Assembly: GCA_965215015.1 (NCBI GenBank)
Contig: OZ244042.1
Span: forward strand, 1,088,001-1,152,000
Direction: 5' to 3'
Length of the DNA: 64,000 bases
Origin: Candidatus Poribacteria bacterium
Lineage (GTDB): Bacteria; Poribacteria; WGA-4E; PCPOR2b
Position numbers and translations under genes: made by a program
The notes under the pieces: model-generated
The model's database searches: none
What the model was told of the DNA's origin: nothing
The model's input: only the letters and a program-made list of their open reading frames with translations
In this document: piece by piece, positions 50,966 through 61,421 of the stretch
Layout: each line of letters starts with the position of its first letter
Position numbering within the stretch: the first letter of the stretch is position 1

Positions 50966-51934
50966 ATGGCAACACCAACTTTTTACGCGGGAACGGTGGG
51001 TCAAAGCGTATGGCGCAGCAATGATGGTGGTGATTCATGGGCTCGGGCAAGTACCGGAATGTTCCCGGAAGCCGATATTCGTGCTATCGCTGCAAATCCG
51101 AACGATTCGTCAATCCTCTTTGCAGGAACAGAAGCCGGCATTTACCGTACACAAAACGGTGGGGATTATTGGGAACAAATCAACTCCCCCATGGATAATC
51201 TGCAAATCTGGGCGATTGCTGTCAATCCCAACAACCCCGATACCCTCTACGCAGGCACCTGTCCGTCTGCCCTTTTCAAATCGACGGATGGTGGAGAGAC
51301 ATGGAAACAGCTTAATGTTGAGCTCGCTGAAGAGTGTGAGGGCGTACCAATCATACCACGCGTAACATCAATCTCAATCGATCCGGAAGACAATCAGACC
51401 ATCTATGCGGGGATTGAGATCGACGGGCTACGCCTCTCCACTGATGGTGGTGAAACATGGGTAGACCGAAGTAACGGGCTAAGCAGCCTCGACATTCATG
51501 GATTGACTGTGGTCCCCGGCGATCCCAAGGCACTCGTTGCAGCGACAAATAACGATGTGTGTATCACAACAGACATGAGTGAGTGGATGCCGCTCAGTGT
51601 CGGTGATGGCTTCCCCTGGCCCTACTGCCGGGCAGCAATGTATGTTCCTATGAATGGTACAGGTCGTGTCTATATTGGAGCAGGAAATGGTCCCCCCGGA
51701 GACGAAGGCGGACTGTTCTACACCGATAACCTCGGTAAATCGTGGGAACGCGCAGATCTTGGACTGACCGCTAACAGCACAATCTGGTGTTTGGCCCAGC
51801 AGCCGGCGGTCCCCGGTTGGCTATTCGCCTGCAGCGTCAACGGGCAGCTGTTCCGCAGCACCGATGAGGGCACATCGTGGTCCAAACTTGCTCATGAGTT
51901 TGGCGAAGTCCGGGCGCTAGCAATTGTGCCATGA
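50966..51934 (+). CDS. BNR/Asp-box beta-propeller (VPS10/YCF48-like)
   Basis: Repeated S/TxDxGxTW boxes (SNDGGDSW, STDGGETW x2, STDEGTSW); AAGGAGG RBS; no signal peptide. Confidence 0.85.
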   Translation: MATPTFYAGTVGQSVWRSNDGGDSWARASTGMFPEADIRAIAANPNDSSILFAGTEAGIYRTQNGGDYWEQINSPMDNLQIWAIAVNPNNPDTLYAGTCPSALFKSTDGGETWKQLNVELAEECEGVPIIPRVTSISIDPEDNQTIYAGIEIDGLRLSTDGGETWVDRSNGLSSLDIHGLTVVPGDPKALVAATNNDVCITTDMSEWMPLSVGDGFPWPYCRAAMYVPMNGTGRVYIGAGNGPPGDEGGLFYTDNLGKSWERADLGLTANSTIWCLAQQPAVPGWLFACSVNGQLFRSTDEGTSWSKLAHEFGEVRALAIVP

Positions 51935-51964
51935 AAGGATAGCGTCCTGTTAAGTCTACAAAGT

Positions 51965-52066
51965 GTAGGGAACAACCATCGTTGTTCCCTACTGAAATAT
52001 TGCAGAACCGGTGCCTCAGGATTGACTGTAATTGCCCGATTTATCGGGCGTACTACGTAAATCCTA
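51965..52066. repeat. Partial composite element (copy D): two REP-like modules plus a right terminus
   Basis: GTAGGGAACAAC/GTTGTTCCCTAC perfect inverted repeat, GTAATTGCCCGATTTATCGGGCG module, TACGTAAATCCTA end. Confidence 0.65.
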
Positions 52067-52076
52067 CTAATTTCAT

Positions 52077-52105
52077 TTGATATTTGAAAGCAGATTTGGT
52101 ATACT
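52077..52105 (+). promoter_or_regulatory. ftsH promoter TTGATA-N17-TATACT (extended -10)
   Basis: Hexamers read directly. Confidence 0.55.
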
Positions 52106-52247
52106 TCAGGTATACTTCAACTGCCCGGAGTGATAGAGTGACTATTGGTGGAATCCAGATGGATAATCTTTTAGCTGTCGAGAAACGTTCACTCACTCAA
52201 GTATCAATTCGGAATCTTTTGTAGACATAGAAGAGAGGTTAAGTGCT

Positions 52248-54173
52248 GTGAATAAGAGTGCGAAAAGTATTATAGTATGGTTGTTTCTGGCGTCATTCGT
52301 TGCTTATGTCATGTACCACTTTTTAAGTTCAGGTAAGGGAAGGGTTCATCAACTGGCGGCATCAGAATTTTATGCATATCTGCGACAAGACAATAGCAAA
52401 GACCTGTTTGAAGGAAAAATCGAGATCGGTAAAGAATGGATTAAAGGAAAATTCAGAGACCCACAACCCATTTTAGATGAGATGGACAGAGGACAGCCAA
52501 CAACATTTCAAGAATTTCGGACAAGCCGTGATATCTACTCTGAATATCCACTTCAAGAAAAACTAATTGAGCATCAAATTCCATTTGATAATGAACGCTC
52601 ATCCGCAGTACCCCAATGGTTGGTGATCTTCGGCACAACGGTCTTGCCAATTCTGCTCTTCCTCGGGCTCATGATCTTTATTTCAAGGCAGATGCAAGGC
52701 ACAGGTAATCGGGCGTTATCATTTGGAAAAAGCCGTGCTCGACTCCACTCGGAAAGTGAATCGAAAATCACCTTTGAAAATGTCGCTGGTTGTGACGAGG
52801 CGAAGGAAGGATTGGAAGAGGTCATCCAGTTTCTAAAAGATCCGAAAAAATTTCAGCGACTCGGTGGACGGATTCCAAAAGGGGTGCTGCTAATGGGACC
52901 GCCGGGAACCGGAAAAACCTTACTGGCGCGTGCTGTTGCCGGGGAAGCAAATGTCCCATTTTACAGTATCAGCGGATCTGATTTTGTGGAAATGTTTGTC
53001 GGTGTTGGGGCTTCACGAGTCCGTGATCTATTTGAGACAGGAAAGAAGAATGCGCCGTGTATCATCTTTATTGACGAACTTGATGCGGTTGGACGACATC
53101 GTGGCGCGGGCATCGGTGGTGGGCATGATGAACGTGAACAGACCTTGAACCAACTTCTTGTCGAAATGGATGGGTTTGATACTTCTGAGGGCGTTATTCT
53201 CATCGCTGCAACCAACCGCCCTGATGTGTTGGACCCTGCACTCCTCCGTCCAGGGCGCTTCGATCGCCAAATTGTCGTTGACCTCCCTGATGTCAAAGGG
53301 CGCGAAGATATTTTCAAAGTCCATACGACAAACATTGAAACGGCCCCAGATGTAGACCTAGAGATTCTGGCAAAAGCGACACCCTACTTTTCGGGTGCAG
53401 ACATCGAAAATATGGTAAATGAAGCCGCCTTGCTTGCAGCCAAAGAGGACAAAGATTCGGTTGAAATGATTTTCTTCGATGAAGCGAAGGACCGGGTCCT
53501 GATGGGACCTGAACGCCGGAGCCTCATTATCAGTGACGACGATAGACGCGTCACCGCCTATCACGAGGCGGGACATGCCCTGTTACGACATGTTATCCCT
53601 GAAAATGACCCCAATTATAAAGCCACCATTATTCCCCGTGGCCGATCGCTTGGGGTGTCAGTAGCCCTTCCCATCCAAGAACGTCGGAATTTCAACAAAA
53701 AATATCTCCTCGGAAGTATTACCACCGCGCTCGGCGGTCGTGTCGCTGAAGAACTTATCTTTGGTGAGCTAACCACTGGCGCGCAAAATGATTTTGAGCA
53801 GGCAACCGATATAGCGCGTAAGATGGTTACACAATGGGGTATGAGTGATCTTGGACCGCTCTCCTTTGGTCGGCGTGAAGAGCAGGTCTTTTTAGGCAAA
53901 GAGATTGCACATCACCAAGATTATAGCGACAAGACAGCGATTGAAATTGATGAGGCTGTCCATGGCATTGTTATGGAGTGCTACAATAGAGCGAGGCACC
54001 TCATTGAAACGAATCTTGATGGGCTGAAAAAGCTGGCTGATGAGTTGCTAGAGCGCGAAACGATCATTACGGAAGATATTGAAGCGATACTTGGCCCCCG
54101 TCCCCCAATTTCTCCGATTTCATCAAATCTTTGCAGTGGAGCCCCCGTAAATACCATGCGTGTTGCGCTATAG
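52248..54173 (+). CDS. ftsH: ATP-dependent zinc metalloprotease FtsH
   Basis: Two TM helices, [39 protein letters not shown]. Confidence 0.97.
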   Translation: MNKSAKSIIVWLFLASFVAYVMYHFLSSGKGRVHQLAASEFYAYLRQDNSKDLFEGKIEIGKEWIKGKFRDPQPILDEMDRGQPTTFQEFRTSRDIYSEYPLQEKLIEHQIPFDNERSSAVPQWLVIFGTTVLPILLFLGLMIFISRQMQGTGNRALSFGKSRARLHSESESKITFENVAGCDEAKEGLEEVIQFLKDPKKFQRLGGRIPKGVLLMGPPGTGKTLLARAVAGEANVPFYSISGSDFVEMFVGVGASRVRDLFETGKKNAPCIIFIDELDAVGRHRGAGIGGGHDEREQTLNQLLVEMDGFDTSEGVILIAATNRPDVLDPALLRPGRFDRQIVVDLPDVKGREDIFKVHTTNIETAPDVDLEILAKATPYFSGADIENMVNEAALLAAKEDKDSVEMIFFDEAKDRVLMGPERRSLIISDDDRRVTAYHEAGHALLRHVIPENDPNYKATIIPRGRSLGVSVALPIQERRNFNKKYLLGSITTALGGRVAEELIFGELTTGAQNDFEQATDIARKMVTQWGMSDLGPLSFGRREEQVFLGKEIAHHQDYSDKTAIEIDEAVHGIVMECYNRARHLIETNLDGLKKLADELLERETIITEDIEAILGPRPPISPISSNLCSGAPVNTMRVAL

Positions 54174-54271
54174 TCCTGGCTCAATCAGCCTGGCATGTTG
54201 CACAACAGTATCAGGTATCTGCGGAGAGGAAACCGGGTCTCCTTTCTTTGTGGTAATATAAATAAAAAGAA

Positions 54272-54341
54272 AATAAGTAGTTGCTCGCTTTTAATAAAAC
54301 GCTTGGACGCAACGGGGCTAAGGCGCAAAAAAAGAAAACGA
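54272..54341 (+). repeat. ~70-bp dispersed repeat, copy 2
   Basis: Aligns with 44433-44503. Confidence 0.7.
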
Positions 54342-54610
54342 GAAATCAACAGAACCGGCTTCCCGTTTTCCCTTTCGTCAGGGAAGGGGGTTCGTTTCTT
54401 CATTATTGGGACTTGCGCTCTTAGAGGGTGATACCGTTTTGCACTACAATTACGGCATACGGAGTATGCTTACTACTGTTACATACGGTGTTTGGCTACT
54501 ACCTTATTGCAGGATTGGGGTTGAAGTGGTGTGTAAGCCCTATATGGTATAAGTCGATTGGTTTTCGTGGGAGATATCACGCCCCCAAATACCCCCCAGG
54601 GCCCCTACCC

Positions 54611-54690
54611 GTCCTGGTTCAATTCACCAGAAACTATAGCGCGACGGTATTGGTATTTGGACAGAAGCGCGAAACCAAGTAAGACCCGTT
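54611..54690 (+). repeat. 80-bp dispersed direct repeat, copy 2
   Basis: Aligns with 50800-50879. Confidence 0.9.
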
Positions 54691-54740
54691 GGACGGCCGC
54701 TTCAAACAAGCACCGCCTCTTCAGGGTGGAGTAACTGACG

Positions 54741-55574
54741 ATGGACTGTCGAGGAAGGTCACTTACCTTCGGGAAACGCACACGAATCATGGGTATCCTG
54801 AACATCACCCCGGACTCCTTCTCTGACGGTGGTCGTTATCTTGATGTTAATCGTGCGATTGGCTGTGCCCACCAGATGGTCGAGGATGGAGCAGACATTA
54901 TTGACATCGGAGGTGAATCTTCCCGCCCGGGAGCCTTGCCGGTCACCACAGACGAAGAATTAGCCCGTGTGCTGCCGGTGATTGAAGCCCTTACAAACGA
55001 GACAGCCACCCTTATCTCGATTGACACCTATAAACCTGCTGTCGCACGGAATGCACTTCAGGCGGGGGCGCATATTGTCAACGATATTACGGCGTTAGGT
55101 GACACGGAGATGGCGAGTGTTGTTGCGGAGATGGACGCCGGCCTTATACTCATGCATATGAAAGGTGTTCCCCGCACAATGCAACGCTCGCCTGTTTATC
55201 AAGATCTCATCCCTGAAGTTCTGACTTTTCTTCGACAACGGGTTGACAAAGCACAAGCAGAGGGAACTTGCCCCGACCGAATTATGATTGACCCCGGTAT
55301 CGGATTTGGTAAAACCGGCGAGCATAATCTGGAGATTTTACGGTGTCTTGATGCGTTTCGGAGCCTAGGTAAACCCCTCCTCATTGGTACTTCCAGAAAA
55401 GCGTTCATTGGAAAAATTCTCAATCTGCCCAATCCGGCCGATCGCTTGGAAGGCACTGCTGCGACAGTCGCATGGGCGATCGCTCACGGTGCAGATGTCG
55501 TTCGTGTCCACGATGTAAAGGCAATGTGTCAGGTTGCCCAAATGACAGATGCAATTTGTCGTGGCACAGATTAA
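54741..55574 (+). CDS. folP: Dihydropteroate synthase
   Basis: MGILNITPDSFSDGG, DIGGESSRPG, DPGIGFGK, SRK, RVHDV; follows ftsH. Confidence 0.97.
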   Translation: MDCRGRSLTFGKRTRIMGILNITPDSFSDGGRYLDVNRAIGCAHQMVEDGADIIDIGGESSRPGALPVTTDEELARVLPVIEALTNETATLISIDTYKPAVARNALQAGAHIVNDITALGDTEMASVVAEMDAGLILMHMKGVPRTMQRSPVYQDLIPEVLTFLRQRVDKAQAEGTCPDRIMIDPGIGFGKTGEHNLEILRCLDAFRSLGKPLLIGTSRKAFIGKILNLPNPADRLEGTAATVAWAIAHGADVVRVHDVKAMCQVAQMTDAICRGTD

Positions 55575-55741
55575 AATCCCTCCTGAAAAACTGAAGATTC
55601 AATCGTCTATACACAACGAATCAAAAGCACAACATACGAAAATTCATTATAGACATTAGCGTTGACATTGTTTAAGCCAGCAGGTTGGGAGTCTGTGCGT
55701 GCGAATACCTTCCTCGTGGGCACCTGCAAACACCTATAAAT

Positions 55742-56896
55742 ATGAATAAGCTCCGATTGTATTATTTACATCTCACGTTTTACGCAATACGCAACTTCGC
55801 AGCTCCGGTCATCACACTGTTACTTCTTCTGAGTGGAGGAAATCTCGCATCAGCCCAAGTCATCAACGAAGATTTTCGCGCGTCAGCAGACGCATTCCTC
55901 AGGAGGCTCTCGTCAGCAGAACATCTCAGGATGGAGCGGAGCTTTGTCAATTCAATTTCAGGGATAAATGCTCTCAACAGCAATCCTGCCGGACTCAGCT
56001 TTATTGATACCAGCCGTTTTACCACGCACGTTTCACGATTTCCGCGTACTGTCGCCATCATTGCAAAGCTGAACGATATTGAACGATATGAAGACCACAG
56101 TCAGTACGCACTTCGCGCATCAGGCATCGAATTTATAAACTATAGTAAACCGTTGGGGAAGACAGGAGGCTTTGGGTTCGATTTCGCAGTGGGACACGAG
56201 GGACGATTTAGCCGCGTCAACCATCTTGGAAAAGCGACGAACAGTTTCCCTGAAACCGACTTCGTCATTGGATTGGGTTATGCGGTGAAGCTGTTTCGAG
56301 GATTCGCATTCGGTGCCGATGCTAGGTGGCTGCGATCTAAAGTGCAGGATGCTGAAGGCGGACGACATATTGGACACGGTTACGTCTATAATTTGGGACT
56401 GATTCAGCAATTGGGCAAATATCTCCGCATCGGTGGCGTGATTAGGAACTTGAGCAACGGATTGTCATTCACGCATAACTCTATTCCCGATCGCATCCAC
56501 CGAAACGTTCTTTTGGGTGGAGGATACCAACTCTATCATAAAGATGTATCTATTCAAATCGGTCTCGATCTGAACCCACCCTTTGAAAATGGCGTCCGAG
56601 CAAACCTTGGCGGAGCTGTCTGGTATCGTGGCTTCATCGGTGGGAAAATAGGGTATCTGCGTCATACCGAAAAACGGTTCGGTTCAATCCTCAACCTCGA
56701 AACAGAGCAAATTGAGTTTGAGGATAGACTCTGGAAAACTGAAGGACTGACACTGGGGCTTGGTTTACAGGTTCGTGGGATTTATATAAACGCAGCCTAT
56801 ACGCCGCAGATGCACCCGACAGAAAATGACGGAGAGCAGATTCGCATTGAAACCGGTAAATCCGTATACGCATTTTCAATCGAGCAGCGTTTCTGA
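55742..56896 (+). CDS. Outer-membrane beta-barrel of the PorV/PorQ (FadL-like) family
   Basis: Signal peptide, NALNSNPAGL motif, amphipathic strands (GLGYA, NLGLI, GGVIRNL), C-terminal Phe. Confidence 0.65.
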   Translation: MNKLRLYYLHLTFYAIRNFAAPVITLLLLLSGGNLASAQVINEDFRASADAFLRRLSSAEHLRMERSFVNSISGINALNSNPAGLSFIDTSRFTTHVSRFPRTVAIIAKLNDIERYEDHSQYALRASGIEFINYSKPLGKTGGFGFDFAVGHEGRFSRVNHLGKATNSFPETDFVIGLGYAVKLFRGFAFGADARWLRSKVQDAEGGRHIGHGYVYNLGLIQQLGKYLRIGGVIRNLSNGLSFTHNSIPDRIHRNVLLGGGYQLYHKDVSIQIGLDLNPPFENGVRANLGGAVWYRGFIGGKIGYLRHTEKRFGSILNLETEQIEFEDRLWKTEGLTLGLGLQVRGIYINAAYTPQMHPTENDGEQIRIETGKSVYAFSIEQRF

Positions 56897-56981
56897 GAGA
56901 AAGCAAGGAAAATAGAGATTGCACATTCGGTCAATGGTATACCAATTCGTCTGACTGACGCAAGCTAGCAACACATTGTGA

Positions 56982-57152
56982 GTAATAGACCTTACATACA
57001 ATCCTTATGATGAAGAGGTTGAGGTACTCTATCTTCATTTTAAGAGGCTGCCTGCTTTCAACCATAGTGAAATGCGCGAGGATGGCATCATCTTGGCTGA
57101 CAACGATGACCGTCTGAGCGGGGTAACAATTCTGAATGCATCTAAATGGTGA
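56982..57152 (+). pseudogene. DUF2283-family small gene remnant
   Basis: Hand translation YDEEVEVLYLHFKR...SEMREDGIIL..DDRLSGVTILNASKW*; no usable start after the in-frame TGA at 56979. Confidence 0.65.
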
Positions 57153-57243
57153 CAAGTGAGAAATGCGACAGCACCAAAATGGTATTAGCCTGCACAAACC
57201 GCGGATTCTCTATCCTACTCACGCTTCACGTTTTAGGTCCACT

Positions 57244-57858
57244 ATGTCAGATCAATACAAAACCATCGTTGGGGTGGCAGAATCAAAGTTAGTGGTCAAA
57301 AAATCGCGCTTCTTTGGGCTTGCGACCTCCGTTGATACGATACAAGGCTCAAAAAGGTTCTTAGTGCTTGTCCAAGAAAAGTATCCCACCGCCTCACACT
57401 ACTGCTACGCATATAGTATCGGATGGGGGCATGAAAAACGCGAATATGCCACGGATGCCGGCGAGCCGAGAAATTCCGCAGGGCCCCCAATTTTAGCAGC
57501 TGTGACAACCTCTCAACTCTCCAATGCTATCTGTGTTGTTGTCCGTTATTATGGCGGCATCAATCTTGGCATCGGTGGACTCATTCGAGCGTACGGTCAA
57601 TGTGCGAGGGAATGTTTAATCGGCGCAAAAATTGAAACTCAGATTTTTTACAAAACACTACAGGTGCAGATACCTTATGAACAGATTGGTTCGGTCCTCA
57701 AACTGTGCAACAGATTGAGAGGAAGGGTGATAAATGTCGAATATGATCAACATGCAACTGCACATCTGCAAATTCGTCAACGGGAAGTTGAAAACTTTCA
57801 CGAAAATCTGCGAGGAATCAACTCCGATATTGACGTAATTGATCTTGCGACTGTATAA
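57244..57858 (+). CDS. yigZ: YigZ/IMPACT family protein
   Basis: KKSRF, ASHYCYAY, DAGEP..SAG.PIL, VVVRYYGGINLGIGGLIRAY. Confidence 0.93.
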   Translation: MSDQYKTIVGVAESKLVVKKSRFFGLATSVDTIQGSKRFLVLVQEKYPTASHYCYAYSIGWGHEKREYATDAGEPRNSAGPPILAAVTTSQLSNAICVVVRYYGGINLGIGGLIRAYGQCARECLIGAKIETQIFYKTLQVQIPYEQIGSVLKLCNRLRGRVINVEYDQHATAHLQIRQREVENFHENLRGINSDIDVIDLATV

Positions 57859-57914
57859 TCTATCAGTTGAAAATCTTGAGTGTGTAGACATTAAGCAATA
57901 CGGGGGGAATAATC

Positions 57915-58349
57915 TTGAGCGAGGGTAAAAAATTCACAACTACACATGAATGGATTGAGGTTGGCGAAAGCGACGGGGTCGTTGGGATCACCGAACGCAT
58001 CCAACTAGAATATGGTGATATCGTCTTTGTTGAGCTGCCTACAGTTGGCGACGAATATGAGCAAGATGAGCCACTCGGTAGGGTAGAAGTGACTGATGGT
58101 AACACGTTTCCTGTCCATGCACCAGCGACCGGAGAGATTAAAGAAATCAACACCACACTCGAGGAAGATCCGGAGCTGATCAATCACTCTCCTGAAGGGG
58201 ATGGCTGGATTTGTCGGATAAGCATCGAGAGTCCTAGAGAGCTCGACATATTGATGGGTGCCGATGCTTACAATGACTATGAGGAAGAAGAACTCGACGA
58301 TGAATACATGGATGAGGAAGATTTTTACGATGAAGATGAGGCTTATTGA
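57915..58349 (+). CDS. Glycine cleavage H-protein homologue lacking the lipoyl-lysine, with an acidic tail
   Basis: THEW, VGIT, GDIVFVELP, AP..GEI.EIN, PELIN.SP..DGW; the ESVK loop is replaced by EVTDG. Confidence 0.85.
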   Translation: MSEGKKFTTTHEWIEVGESDGVVGITERIQLEYGDIVFVELPTVGDEYEQDEPLGRVEVTDGNTFPVHAPATGEIKEINTTLEEDPELINHSPEGDGWICRISIESPRELDILMGADAYNDYEEEELDDEYMDEEDFYDEDEAY

Positions 58350-58461
58350 CTGCGTTCAGCAAAGTGCACGGGAGCCGGAGGAAAAATTTGCAAGAATCTT
58401 CTACTATACTCCTCGCCCTGAATAGAATCTCCATCCTTCTCCTGCAATACAGAGGATCTCT

Positions 58462-60207
58462 ATGTCATTAGTCAGATTAGACCAAGTCACAAAATCGTAT
58501 GACCCTTACCTCATTCTGGACGAGGCCTCTTTGTCAATTGAGCATGGTGATCGGATTGGACTCATTGGGAAGAATGGGACCGGTAAAACGACGCTGGTTG
58601 AAATTATTGCCGGCATAATCGAGGATTTCAAAGGGGATATAGGGTATGCGAAGCACCTGCAAATCGGGTATCTCAGCCAAGAGCCTGATTTGGAAGCTGA
58701 TTGCTCACTCCGGCAGGAAATGCTCAAAGTCTTTCGGGTACGGCGGGACTTGGAAGATGAGATGCTTCTGCTCAGCGAAGAGATGGCAGAAGATCCCGAC
58801 CTGCTCAACAAATATGCACAGCTGCAAGAGCAGCACGAACGCATGGGCGGTTACGACTACGAATATCAAACAAATCGGACGCTAGGCGGATTAGGATTTC
58901 ACGACAGCGATTTTAATTTGAAAGTTGGTGTGTTGAGCGGTGGCCAGAAAAGTCGTGCCGCGCTCGCCAAACTGCTACTCGAAGATCCAGATCTGTTATT
59001 GCTTGACGAACCTACCAATCATCTGGATATCAAAGCGATTGAGTGGTTAGAAAACTTCCTGAATACCGAATATCAAGGGGCGGTCATCCTCGTTTCCCAT
59101 GACCGCTACTTTTTGGATCGGATTGCCCGCAAAATTGTCGAATTACGAAACCATAAGCTCAAGGAGTACCCCGGAAACTACACCAAATATCTCGAAATCA
59201 GACAAACTGAAAAAATAGCGCAAGAGCGGGAATATAAAAAGCAGCAACAGTACATCGCTCACGAGGAGGACTTCATCCGTCGCAATATGGCTGGGCAACG
59301 CACGCGAGAGGCGCAAGGGCGGCAGAAGTTGCTCGATCGGCTTGAACGGGTAGAAAAACCAGAGACCTATGAGAAAACAATCAAACTCCGCTTCACGCCG
59401 GATGTACGGGGCGGAAACGACATTTTGCAATGTCGGAACTTGGGGAAGCAATACGGCGATAAACAAATCTTTGAAGACGTGAATCTGGAGATCTACCGTC
59501 AAGATGTTGTTGGTATCATTGGTCCCAACGGCGTCGGAAAAACGACTTTGTTCCGAATGATACTGGGAAATGAACTGCCAACTTCGGGGGAGTTGAAGAT
59601 TGGGCACAACCTCCGCTTTGGATATTACGACCAAGAACTTGCAGGCCTCAACCGAGACAACACAATTATTGATGAAATTTGGGCATTGCGCCCCACACAG
59701 AAACAGGGTGAAATTCGCAGTTTTCTCGGACGGTTCCTCTTCTCCGATGATGAGGTGTTCAAATGGATTGACGACCTCAGCGGAGGCGAACAGAGTCGTG
59801 TCATGCTCGCCAAGTTGCTCTTGGAAAACGCGAATGTGCTCCTACTTGATGAACCGACAAACCACCTAGACATACCGTCACGTGAAGTCCTTGAAGAGGC
59901 GTTGGCAGAGTCCCCGGCAACCATCTTTATGATTTCTCATGACCGCTATTTTCTGAACAAACTCGTCAACAAACTGTTGGTCTTTGAGAATGGAACAGCG
60001 AGGTTATTTTTCGGAACTTACGCTGAATATGAAGCTCATGCCCGGGAGCAGAAGCGGGAGGGGATACAAGCGAAGGAGGAGACGGAGAAAGCGAGAAAGG
60101 TAGAGAGACAAGAAAAACAGCAGAGGGAGAGGCTGCGGATCGCTTCAAGTTCAAAGCGATCCAAGAAGAAGCGGCGGGTGAAAGCACAACGCGTGGCTGA
60201 TGTATGA
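58462..60207 (+). CDS. ABC-F family ATPase
   Basis: Two ABC domains (GKNGTGKT/LSGGQ/LDEPTNHLD and GPNGVGKT/LSGGE/LDEPTNHLD), no TM segments. Confidence 0.94.
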   Translation: MSLVRLDQVTKSYDPYLILDEASLSIEHGDRIGLIGKNGTGKTTLVEIIAGIIEDFKGDIGYAKHLQIGYLSQEPDLEADCSLRQEMLKVFRVRRDLEDEMLLLSEEMAEDPDLLNKYAQLQEQHERMGGYDYEYQTNRTLGGLGFHDSDFNLKVGVLSGGQKSRAALAKLLLEDPDLLLLDEPTNHLDIKAIEWLENFLNTEYQGAVILVSHDRYFLDRIARKIVELRNHKLKEYPGNYTKYLEIRQTEKIAQEREYKKQQQYIAHEEDFIRRNMAGQRTREAQGRQKLLDRLERVEKPETYEKTIKLRFTPDVRGGNDILQCRNLGKQYGDKQIFEDVNLEIYRQDVVGIIGPNGVGKTTLFRMILGNELPTSGELKIGHNLRFGYYDQELAGLNRDNTIIDEIWALRPTQKQGEIRSFLGRFLFSDDEVFKWIDDLSGGEQSRVMLAKLLLENANVLLLDEPTNHLDIPSREVLEEALAESPATIFMISHDRYFLNKLVNKLLVFENGTARLFFGTYAEYEAHAREQKREGIQAKEETEKARKVERQEKQQRERLRIASSSKRSKKKRRVKAQRVADV

Positions 60208-61297
60208 GAAGCATTTGGAAACTATCAACCGCATCAAAAAGGAGACCAGAGCCTTGACACCAGAGTTGTCGGACATAAATCTTCATAATGAAGCCCTCGT
60301 CATCGATTCTCACAACGATACGATTGTCGGCCATATCCGTCGAGGGAATATCAGTATTTCGGATCGGGAGACTCCCGACCGTGTCCAGCATGACGGAACA
60401 ATCGCCTATATGCGCGGTCCCCTCGATTCCGCAGCCAGCCAGATGGATGTCCAGATCAATCTACCGAAGATGCGTCAGGGCGGGGTTGACGCCGCCTTTT
60501 TCGCAATTGATGTAACGCGAGCGTGGAAGAATCATCTTAGCTATGCCCTAGATGCCATCGGCTTTTTTAGGGCGGAAGTTGAGACCCACACCGATGAAAT
60601 CATCATCGCAGAGACAGCGGAAGATGTTCGGAAGGCAAAAGCGGCGGGCAAACTTGCTGCAATTTTGGTTATTGAGAACAGCGACGGTGTGGAGCGAAGC
60701 CTGAATATCCTGAAAAGCCTCCACCACCTGGGCGTCCGATCTATTGGACTGACCCACGACCCAACCTCATGGGCAGCAGCGGGCAACGCTGAAACGGATA
60801 GCGGCGGCGGACTCACCCGATTTGGCGTCCAACTAGTGAAAGAGATGAACCGCCTGGGGATGCTTGTTGATGTCTCCCACATCAGTGAACGGGGCTTTTG
60901 GGACGTGCTGGAAGTTGCTGAACACCCTGTAATCGCTTCCCACAGCAACTGTAAGGTGCTCTGCGGTCATCCGCGCAACCTGACCGACGAACAGATTAAG
61001 CGCATCGCCGAAAACGGCGGCGTTATCGGCGCGACCTTCGTAACATGGTTTATTGACGACGATACCCCTTCGTTTTCCCGTTATCTCGACCATATCGATC
61101 ACATCGTCAATCTGGTCGGAGATAACTACGTTGGCATCGGATCCGACTTCGATGGCGGCGGCGAACAACTCAAGGATGCGACCGAGTTCCCGAAAATTAC
61201 TGAAGGGCTGCTAGAGCGGGGCTATTCGCCGGAAACGATCCGGAAAATCCTTGGGGAGAATCATCTGCGCGTATTTGCCGACGCCTGTCGAGGGTGA
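60200..61297 (+). CDS. M19-family (renal/membrane) dipeptidase
   Basis: IDSHND, IENS, VDVSH, ASHSN, HPRNL, IGSDFDG. Confidence 0.92.
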   Translation: MYEKHLETINRIKKETRALTPELSDINLHNEALVIDSHNDTIVGHIRRGNISISDRETPDRVQHDGTIAYMRGPLDSAASQMDVQINLPKMRQGGVDAAFFAIDVTRAWKNHLSYALDAIGFFRAEVETHTDEIIIAETAEDVRKAKAAGKLAAILVIENSDGVERSLNILKSLHHLGVRSIGLTHDPTSWAAAGNAETDSGGGLTRFGVQLVKEMNRLGMLVDVSHISERGFWDVLEVAEHPVIASHSNCKVLCGHPRNLTDEQIKRIAENGGVIGATFVTWFIDDDTPSFSRYLDHIDHIVNLVGDNYVGIGSDFDGGGEQLKDATEFPKITEGLLERGYSPETIRKILGENHLRVFADACRG

Positions 61298-61421
61298 GTG
61301 CCGCGCATTTTCTTCAGAATCAGAACGTGATGCTGAAGATGAATACGATGAGGTTGAAGCCGACCTATATTCTGATGAATCGGAGGACGAGTGATAACAA
61401 TAAATGTCACCGTGCAATTCC

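Noticed and set aside
54195-54682. Short ORFs between ftsH and folP
   Set aside because: The region is a mosaic of repeats seen elsewhere in the window.
50800-54690. Composite transposon or prophage att sites carrying ftsH
   Set aside because: No integrase or transposase, and the ftsH-folP adjacency is ancestral, so the repeats more likely arrived independently.
57915-58349. GcvH-L/sirtuin/macrodomain operon
   Set aside because: That system needs the lipoyl-lysine and neighbouring lplA, sirtuin and macrodomain genes; none is present.
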